From assembly GCA_964510575.1 (NCBI GenBank), contig CAZECN010000005.1, positions 18,518 through 82,517 of the forward strand: a DNA stretch of 64,000 nucleotides. The letters are read 5' to 3'. The notes under the pieces are model-generated. The model was not told where the DNA came from, did not search any database, and saw nothing but the letters and a program-made list of their open reading frames with translations. This DNA is from an uncultured Bdellovibrionales bacterium. GTDB lineage: Bacteria; Bdellovibrionota_C; UBA2361; SZUA-149; CALKYB01. A program made the translations under genes and the position numbers. Shown piece after piece: positions 57,407 through 64,000 of this stretch (position 1 is its first letter; the number at the start of each line of letters is the position of its first letter).

Positions 57407-58444
57407 ATGAAGAAAATTTTGGTCGTTCAGACCGGCTTTCTTGGAGATGTGATTCTTTCCAGTCCAGTTTATCGTAATCTGAAAGAAATTTTTCCTGGAA
57501 GTTCAACAACAGTTCTTACCACCCCTCTTGCTACCCAGTTGGTCGAGAAGGACCCTGATGTTGATAGAGTTCAAGCCTTTGATAAGAGAGGAGAAGATTC
57601 TGGTTTTTCTGGATTATTGCGCATGGCTAAAAAATTGCGTGTTCAGAAATTCGATATAGTTTTTTCTCTTCATAAGTCTTCGCGCACCTCCCTTTTGCTT
57701 AAACTTGCTGGTATTCCTTTGCGCTACGGCTTTTCAGAAGCAGCTCTTAGTTTTTTATATACTTCCACCTTTCCTAGAAAAGATCTGGAGCATGATGTTC
57801 TCCGTAATTTAGCAATATTCAGAAACGTTGGTATCGAACCCAAGGAACTGAAGCAAGAGATGCGAATTGGCTATTCTCCTGAATGGCTGCAGGAAGCTAA
57901 GGAGGTACTAGATCCGATTTCATCTAAGCCCCTAGTAGGTATTGCTCCCGGAAGTGTCTGGGAAACTAAGAAATGGTCGAGTGAAGGTTTTGCTAAAGTG
58001 GCCTCAGAACTGCAGAAGGAAGGTTTTTCTGTAGTATTAATTGGAGGGCCTGCGGACAAAGATTCTGCTAGTATCATAATGGATGAAAGTGAGGACTCGC
58101 CTCTTGATCTGGTTGGAAAAACATCTATTGGGGTTTCGGCAACAATTGTTTCTAAGCTTAAGCTACTGATTACAAACGATAGCGCGCCTCTGCATATGGC
58201 ATCAGCTGGCAACGTTCCTGTTGTTGCCTTGTTTTGTGCTACAGTTCCTTCGTTCGGCTATGGTCCTTGGAAAGTTCCTCATCTTAACTTGGGGATTGAT
58301 TCTTTGGAATGTCGGCCTTGCGGTAGGCATGGAGGCAACAGCTGTCCAGTAGGAACCTTTGATTGCAGAAATTTGATTACTCCGGAAATGGTTATTGCAG
58401 CCAGTAAAAGAGTTATGGAAGAGGCTAGTGTCAGCGCAGCATAG
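57407..58444 (+). CDS. Glycosyltransferase family 9 (LPS heptosyltransferase, WaaF/WaaC-like)
   Basis: KILVVQTGFLGDVILSSPV N-terminus and GT9 C-terminal region (NDSAPLHMASA). Confidence 0.75.
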   Translation: MKKILVVQTGFLGDVILSSPVYRNLKEIFPGSSTTVLTTPLATQLVEKDPDVDRVQAFDKRGEDSGFSGLLRMAKKLRVQKFDIVFSLHKSSRTSLLLKLAGIPLRYGFSEAALSFLYTSTFPRKDLEHDVLRNLAIFRNVGIEPKELKQEMRIGYSPEWLQEAKEVLDPISSKPLVGIAPGSVWETKKWSSEGFAKVASELQKEGFSVVLIGGPADKDSASIIMDESEDSPLDLVGKTSIGVSATIVSKLKLLITNDSAPLHMASAGNVPVVALFCATVPSFGYGPWKVPHLNLGIDSLECRPCGRHGGNSCPVGTFDCRNLITPEMVIAASKRVMEEASVSAA

Positions 58445-59186
58445 GTCTAGAATATTTGAAAAAGGTGACTGGCAATTTAGAGTTGCTCGACAGTCCGAAG
58501 TGGATTCTACCCAGCTTGATTCTTATTTCAATCTAGTTGTTTCTGGTGAGTTTCATTCTGGTAAATTTGAAACTTCCGAAGAGCAAACGGTAAGATTCTC
58601 AAGAGGAAGCACCTATAGAGTCTCTATAGCTGATCAATCGTTGGTCGTTCGGAAATACTACAGAGGTGGTTTGGTTCGCCATTTTAATAAGGATTTACAT
58701 TTTGGGTTCGGCGTTGAGCCTCGTCCATTTAGAGAGATGGACTTATTGGATAATCTTGTTGAAGAGGGATTTGCGACAACTAAGCCAGTCTTTGCCGCAA
58801 TTCAGAGAGTTTTCGCTGGAAGTTTTTACCAAGGTTATCTTGCGACTAAAGAGCTTGAAAATCACTCCAATTTTCTGTCGATGATAGTCGACTCTGAAAA
58901 GAAAAATGACAAACTGGCTCATGCTGCCGGCTTGGCTGCAGATGAACTTTTGAAGCGTGGTGTGCTGCACCGAGACTTGCACCCAGGTAATGTTTTAGTT
59001 GATAATGAAACAGGCGGTGTTGCTATTATTGATTTTGATGGATTCGGGTTAACTGAGCGTGCCGGAAGCGAATCCGATCGAATTTATTTAGTCGAACGTT
59101 GGGCTAGATCTATTCATAAGCATCAGCTCAACCCTATGTTAATTGAAAATTTTAAGTCTGGGCTCGAGAGCAATGGATGCTCCTGA
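58395..59186 (+). CDS. Lipopolysaccharide/Kdo kinase family protein (KdkA/InaA-like)
   Basis: VLHRDLHPGNVLV catalytic loop and IIDFDG; overlaps the upstream gene by ~50 nt, so the real start may be later. Confidence 0.6.
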   Translation: MQPVKELWKRLVSAQHRSRIFEKGDWQFRVARQSEVDSTQLDSYFNLVVSGEFHSGKFETSEEQTVRFSRGSTYRVSIADQSLVVRKYYRGGLVRHFNKDLHFGFGVEPRPFREMDLLDNLVEEGFATTKPVFAAIQRVFAGSFYQGYLATKELENHSNFLSMIVDSEKKNDKLAHAAGLAADELLKRGVLHRDLHPGNVLVDNETGGVAIIDFDGFGLTERAGSESDRIYLVERWARSIHKHQLNPMLIENFKSGLESNGCS

Positions 59187-60192
59187 TAAATTATTAATTA
59201 TAATGTTTGGAGCAATCGGAGACATTGTAAGAGCCCTGCCTTTAGCCAGTCGCATTAAGGGTAGTTGGCCTAACACTAGAATAGACTGGGCAGTGGAGCC
59301 GCGTTCAAAGGGAGTTCTTGAGAGTTTTCCTAATGTGGATCGATTAGTTGTGTTTGAGAGAGGTGGGGGACTAAAGGCTTACCGTGAGTTTGTTTCTATA
59401 ATTAAGGCTGAAGAGTATCCCCTTGTTCTAGATTTACAAAGACATTTTAAAAGTGGTCTAACCAGTTACCTTACTGGGGCTTCGAAGCGTGTCGGCTATA
59501 ATAAGAAAGGGTCGCGAGAGTTCAATCACTGGTTTAATAACTTTCACATTCCTCCAGTTGAAAAGTTTTCGAGCAAGACTAAGCAACTACAACTTTTCGC
59601 TGACTTGCTAGGTCTGCCCGAGGAGAAGGAGCTTGATTTTGGATTTAAAAATAGAAAACTAGATTCTGATTCTAAGATTCTAGAACTACTTCAATCTGCA
59701 ACTGGCGAAGGTTTTGTCGCGATGTTGACAGGCTCAACCTGGACGAGCCGTTTTTGGCCAAAAGAGTACTACAGTGAGCTTATAGAGAAGTTTTACTCTG
59801 AGAAAAACAAAGTCTCTGTCTTAATTGGAGGGCCTGGGGAGCAGGTTTATAATCAGAGTATTCAGGATTTAGTAAAGACACCAGAGGCCGTAATTAACCT
59901 GACAGGAAAAACTAGCCTTAATGACCTTCCTGGCCTCTTCAAAGAGATGGACTTTGCGGTAGGCTCGGACTCTGGTCCGATGCACATAGCTGCAGCTTCT
60001 GATTTGCCGGTGATATCTCTCTGGGGTGCCACTAGCCCTAAAAGGTCTGCTCCGTGGGGTAGTGAGCATCTTGTCATTGCATCAAACCTAGCCTGCTCCC
60101 CTTGCTACAAGAAGGATTGTCCAGGCCTAGGAACGGCCTGTATGAAAGGTCTTAGACCTGAAAGGGTGTTAAAAGCTGTGGATAATCTTTAG
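59173..60192 (+). CDS. Glycosyltransferase family 9 (LPS heptosyltransferase-like), second copy
   Basis: LIIMFGAIGDIVRALPLA N-terminus; GSDSGPMHIAAA near the C-terminus. Confidence 0.7.
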   Translation: MDAPDKLLIIMFGAIGDIVRALPLASRIKGSWPNTRIDWAVEPRSKGVLESFPNVDRLVVFERGGGLKAYREFVSIIKAEEYPLVLDLQRHFKSGLTSYLTGASKRVGYNKKGSREFNHWFNNFHIPPVEKFSSKTKQLQLFADLLGLPEEKELDFGFKNRKLDSDSKILELLQSATGEGFVAMLTGSTWTSRFWPKEYYSELIEKFYSEKNKVSVLIGGPGEQVYNQSIQDLVKTPEAVINLTGKTSLNDLPGLFKEMDFAVGSDSGPMHIAAASDLPVISLWGATSPKRSAPWGSEHLVIASNLACSPCYKKDCPGLGTACMKGLRPERVLKAVDNL

Positions 60193-60378
60193 ATTCCAGT
60201 CTGTCTGATCTTATCAACAAGATAGGTTGAGGGTTGATCTTCCAAGAGAAGCTGTTGAACCTTTGCGGTGTGAGCAGTATAGTTATACGGCTACAATACA
60301 TGGTGAGCTAATGGCTTTTGGATTAGCTCGGTAATCTAATGCGTTTTTAAATTCCTTTTAATAATACCCCTAAAAACT

Positions 60379-61116
60379 ATGAGCGAACTGAAGAAAAGAA
60401 AAGAACTTAACTGGGATTCAGCACCAGGGGGATTATCTGTAATCGTTCCCATCTACAACGAGGTGAGTACCTTAGAGGAAATCATACAGCGCATGGATAA
60501 CACAGGGGTTGTTAAGCAGATTGTGCTCGTTGATGATGGTTCGACAGATGGGACACGAGATGTTCTCAAGAAGTTAGAAAAAAAGAAAAGAAAAGATCTG
60601 AAAATAGTTTTGCACGAAAAGAACCGAGGTAAAGGTGCTGCTGTAAGAACTGGAATTGAGCAAGCTAGTGGTGATCTAATTTTAGTTCAAGATGCTGATT
60701 TAGAGTACGACCCGGCAGATTATCCTATTTTGCTGGAGCCTGCCCTTAACCGAGGTGCAGATGTGGTCTATGGCTCAAGGTTTTTGGGAGGGCCTCATAG
60801 AGTTTTGTTTTTCTGGCACTACATAGTGAACAGAATGTTAACTTTCCTTTCCAATATGTTAACCAATCTTAACCTTACCGATATGGAGGTAGGGTATAAG
60901 CTTTTCAGAAAAGAAGTATTGAAAGACATATCTATTAAATCTGAGCGGTTTAACTTTGAGCCTGAAATCACTGCGAAAGTTGCAAAGCAAAAGATAAGAA
61001 TATTTGAGGTGCCTATTTCTTATGATGGGCGAACCTATGAGGAAGGTAAGAAAATTGGTTGGCTCGATGGAGTCGAGGCCCTTTGGACGATACTGAAGTA
61101 TCGCTTTACGGACTAG
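60379..61116 (+). CDS. Glycosyltransferase family 2 (polyprenyl-phosphate sugar transferase, DPM1/ArnC-like)
   Basis: LSVIVPIYNE...VLVDDGSTDGT and DAD motif (VQDADLEYDP). Confidence 0.75.
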   Translation: MSELKKRKELNWDSAPGGLSVIVPIYNEVSTLEEIIQRMDNTGVVKQIVLVDDGSTDGTRDVLKKLEKKKRKDLKIVLHEKNRGKGAAVRTGIEQASGDLILVQDADLEYDPADYPILLEPALNRGADVVYGSRFLGGPHRVLFFWHYIVNRMLTFLSNMLTNLNLTDMEVGYKLFRKEVLKDISIKSERFNFEPEITAKVAKQKIRIFEVPISYDGRTYEEGKKIGWLDGVEALWTILKYRFTD

Positions 61117-61132
61117 CCGATTTTAAGAGTTT

Positions 61133-61975
61133 TTGTCTTTGCCTGGAAAATTGACATCAGAAGCATTGAAGGCAGGTGTTGAGCGGAGCCCAGAGCGTGA
61201 CGCAGTTTCAGCCTTTGTCATTACTTTCAATGAAGAGGAGCATATTCGAGACTGTCTCTCTAGCTTGTCATTCTGCGATGAAGTTATTGTTATAGATTCC
61301 TTTTCAAAGGACGATACTGTCAAAATTGCGGAAGAGATGGGAGCGAAGGTTATTCAAAGAGAATGGCCAGGCTATAGAGCTCAAAAAGCATTTGGCTTAG
61401 AACAGTGTAATTGTAAATGGGTTTTGAATCTGGATGCTGACGAGCGTGTCGACTCAACTCTAGCAGGCGAAATACAAACAATCTTGGAAGGCCGTGATAA
61501 GAATATTTCTGGTGATCCTGTTGTAGGCTATGAGTTGAACCGAGTTGTCTTTCACTTAGGTCGATGGTGGAGATCCGGCGGATGGTACCCAGAATATCGG
61601 CTTCGTTTTTTCCTCAAAGAATCTGTAGAGTGGGGTGGGCGAGACCCTCATGAAAAGCCGGTCACTGGTGGTAGAGTGGAGCGTCTTAGAGGAGAGCTTC
61701 ACCATTTTAGTTATACTAATTTGGCAGATCAATTTAAACGGCTTTTGAATTTTGCCGAAGTTTCTGCTGCAGAGTCTTTTAGAATAGGCAAGCGTTCCCA
61801 AGTTCATGACATTTTATGTCGCCCTTTTTTGAGGTCATTCAAGTTTTACTTCTTGAAAAGGGGTTATAAGGAGGGAACCGCCGGTATAGTTGTGGCCATC
61901 GCTGAGGGGGTCTATACTTTTATGAAGTATGCCCTCCTTTGGGAGATGAACCGAAACCGACCTAAAGATGACTAG
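61133..61975 (+). CDS. Glycosyltransferase family 2 (LPS core GT, WaaE/KdtX-like)
   Basis: SAFVITFNEEEHI...VIVIDSFSKDDT, NLDADERV (DxD). Confidence 0.65.
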   Translation: MSLPGKLTSEALKAGVERSPERDAVSAFVITFNEEEHIRDCLSSLSFCDEVIVIDSFSKDDTVKIAEEMGAKVIQREWPGYRAQKAFGLEQCNCKWVLNLDADERVDSTLAGEIQTILEGRDKNISGDPVVGYELNRVVFHLGRWWRSGGWYPEYRLRFFLKESVEWGGRDPHEKPVTGGRVERLRGELHHFSYTNLADQFKRLLNFAEVSAAESFRIGKRSQVHDILCRPFLRSFKFYFLKRGYKEGTAGIVVAIAEGVYTFMKYALLWEMNRNRPKDD

Positions 61976-62975
61976 CTCTCAATTACTCGCAATTTGTGAC
62001 CGTTTTTCAGCGAAAAAAGTCTCGATTATAGGAGATTTGATGCTGGATGAGTATACTTGGGGATCTGTGGACCGCATTTCTCCAGAGGCTCCAGTTGTCG
62101 TGGTGAAAGTTACTGAAGATAGCCATAGGGCAGGTGGAGCTGGAAACGTTGCAGCAAATGTCGCTGAGCTTGGCGGGGTTGCAAGAATAGTCGGTTTTGT
62201 AGGAAACGACCAAGCCGGGGAAAAGCTAACTTCTAAATTGAAAAGTAGAGGAGTTGATACCTCCCTATTGGTTCGTTCAGATCAAAGACCTACGATTACA
62301 AAGACTAGGGTTATTGCCCATGGTCAGCAAGTTGTTCGAGTAGATAGAGAAGAGGGGAAAGCTTTTGACTCCATTTTTAACGATCAATTAGTTGCCAATC
62401 TCAGAGCTGTTTGGGAAGACTCGGACGTTGTTGTGGTTAGTGACTACGGTAAAGGGGTTTGGAACAAACAAGTATTTGAGGCTTTTCAGCAACTTTCAGA
62501 GAACTCTAAGTCTGGAAGAGACATAAAAACAGTTGTCGATCCTAAGCCTAAGCAAATTGGTTTCTATAAAGGGGCTTGGATTATGACTCCCAATAGAAAA
62601 GAAGCGGAAGAGATCAGTGGTATGGTAATTGAAGATCGAGAATCTGCAATTGAAGCTGGCCGAAAAATTATTGAAGACATTGGAGTTGAAAAGGTGCTTG
62701 TTACTTTGGGTGCTAAGGGGATGGTTCTAGTTGACCGAGAGCAGGGGTGTCTTGGTGCTATCGATACGGTTGCCCAAAAAGTCTTTGATGTCTCAGGAGC
62801 AGGAGATACTGTTTGTGCCACACTTGCTTTAGGCATTGCTTGCGAAGAGGATGCACTCTCCGCAGCTCGTCTAGCCAATATCGCTGCTGGAGTAGTGGTT
62901 GGAGAGGTTGGAACTGTTGCAGTAACCTCCGAAAAACTAAGGGCTGCTATTGCTAGCCGACAGTTTTTTGATTGA
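61968..62975 (+). CDS. hldA: D-beta-D-heptose 7-phosphate kinase (RfaE/HldE domain I, PfkB family), stand-alone
   Basis: VSIIGDLMLDEYTWGSVDRISPEAPVVVV...GGAGNVAANVAELGG and C-terminal DVSGAGDT motif; 335 aa with no adenylyltransferase domain attached. Confidence 0.8.
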   Translation: MTSSQLLAICDRFSAKKVSIIGDLMLDEYTWGSVDRISPEAPVVVVKVTEDSHRAGGAGNVAANVAELGGVARIVGFVGNDQAGEKLTSKLKSRGVDTSLLVRSDQRPTITKTRVIAHGQQVVRVDREEGKAFDSIFNDQLVANLRAVWEDSDVVVVSDYGKGVWNKQVFEAFQQLSENSKSGRDIKTVVDPKPKQIGFYKGAWIMTPNRKEAEEISGMVIEDRESAIEAGRKIIEDIGVEKVLVTLGAKGMVLVDREQGCLGAIDTVAQKVFDVSGAGDTVCATLALGIACEEDALSAARLANIAAGVVVGEVGTVAVTSEKLRAAIASRQFFD

Positions 62976-62991
62976 AAGGAGAAAAGTTTCT

Positions 62992-63882
62992 GTGTCCATT
63001 AAAAGTATGACAGGGTTTGGTGAGTCAGAGCGAGTAGCTGGGTCTTCGGTTGTAAGCGTCAGAATCCGTTCAGTTAACAACCGTTTTTTAGATGTTAATA
63101 TTAAAAGTCCATCCAGTTATTCTGCTCTTGATTCTGAAATCACTCGATTAGCTCGAACATTTTGCAAACGAGGCAGAATAGATATTGGTTTGAAAAGAAT
63201 GGAGCAGGGTGGAAAGCAATCATCTGACTCTAGACTTAAGTTTGATCAAGGCCTGTTTGAAGATTATTCCAAAATTTATGGCCAAGCTTTGTCTGGTTCA
63301 ACTCCTGGAAGCTCTGAGTTTCAAATAGGAGTTGAATTACTCAAAAGAAAATCTATTCTTGATGAAGCAGAGCGGGGTGTGGACCTTGAGGTAGAGCGAG
63401 AGGATGTCCTTGTCTGTGTCTCAGAGGCTTTAGAGAGTTTTTCGAAAGTTAGAGAATTTGAAGGCAGTGAGCTAAGTAAATTGCTGACATCCTGCCTAGA
63501 CACTTTTGCTCAGAAGAAAAAAGAAATTGAAAAGGTTCTAGAAGGTCAGCCGGAAGCGCTCAAGAAACGATTCGATGCCAGAATGGCAGCACTGGATGTG
63601 GATTTAGATCCTCAACGTCTGGAGCAGGAAGTTGCCTTGATAATTGACAGACTTGATGTCTCTGAGGAGCTTGGGCGAATAGATTCTCATTTAAAACAGT
63701 TTCATCAAGACTTGAAAGGAAATAGTCCTGTGGGCCGTAAGCTAGAGTTTTTGCTTCAAGAATTGGGACGAGAGGTCAATACTCTCGGATCTAAAAGCCA
63801 GGATGCGGCCGTATCCTCACTTGTAATTGAACTAAAATCTACCTTAGAGAAATTAAGAGAACAGGTTCTGAACGTTGAGTAG
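62992..63882 (+). CDS. yicC: YicC-family stress-induced protein (DUF1732)
   Basis: SIKSMTGFGESERV N-terminus typical of YicC. Probable GTG start at 62992 after GGAG, or ATG at 63007. Confidence 0.7.
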   Translation: MSIKSMTGFGESERVAGSSVVSVRIRSVNNRFLDVNIKSPSSYSALDSEITRLARTFCKRGRIDIGLKRMEQGGKQSSDSRLKFDQGLFEDYSKIYGQALSGSTPGSSEFQIGVELLKRKSILDEAERGVDLEVEREDVLVCVSEALESFSKVREFEGSELSKLLTSCLDTFAQKKKEIEKVLEGQPEALKKRFDARMAALDVDLDPQRLEQEVALIIDRLDVSEELGRIDSHLKQFHQDLKGNSPVGRKLEFLLQELGREVNTLGSKSQDAAVSSLVIELKSTLEKLREQVLNVE

Positions 63883-64000
63883 CTCGCCTAAAGAATTCAA
63901 TGGTCTATTAATTACCTTAACTGGGCCAACAGCCAGCGGAAAATCTAGCATAGCCAAAAGACTTAGTGATCATATAGATAATATTTCTTTGTCAGTTTCG
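63875..64000 (+). CDS. P-loop NTPase, 3'-truncated by window end (MiaA-like Walker A GPTASGKS); identity uncertain
   Basis: Frame reads ...LITLTGPTASGKSSIAKRLS... running off the window; possible TTG start overlapping the yicC stop. Confidence 0.3.
   Translation, partial: MSSSPKEFNGLLITLTGPTASGKSSIAKRLSDHIDNISLSVS

Overview
This is a 64-kb bacterial chromosomal window, moderately AT-rich and Gram-negative-like; it carries LPS heptose/core genes, yggX, metH, serA/serC and typA. The first 20.7 kb form a single same-strand block that looks accessory. It opens with a Tad/Flp pilus module: tadZ/cpaE (5'-partial), flp pilin, cpaB, cpaF/tadA, tadB and tadC. This runs directly into a type III secretion export-gate gene (sctV/flhA family). 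Next comes a transmembrane Hanks-type pseudokinase with HEAT-like repeats, followed by two FHA-domain proteins. After those sits a needle-less-looking injectisome core: sctJ lipoprotein, a coiled-coil stalk-like protein, sctQ, sctR, sctS, sctT and a C-terminally truncated sctU, plus a TPR chaperone-like gene. No T3SS ATPase, secretin, needle or rod gene, and no Tad secretin or prepilin peptidase, is visible in the window. This contiguous Tad-T3SS-kinase/FHA arrangement is the main candidate for a novel or hybrid cell-envelope nanomachine locus, possibly predation- or contact-related. The block ends in a dense field of TATAC-terminated hairpin repeats at 20.7-21.1 kb. A composite 155-bp copy of that repeat recurs in inverted orientation at 40.1-40.4 kb. 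Between the two copies lie two divergent group-3 sigma factors, housekeeping genes (rph, rdgB, tRNA-Pro, typA, serA/serC) and a Cys-rich secreted protein. Downstream are an olsF-like/patatin lipid-remodelling pair, metH, a 1317-aa BNR-repeat secreted protein, and an LPS inner-core cluster (gmhB, two GT9 heptosyltransferases, Kdo-kinase family, two GT2, hldA-like kinase, yicC). No CRISPR array, transposase or integrase was recognised.
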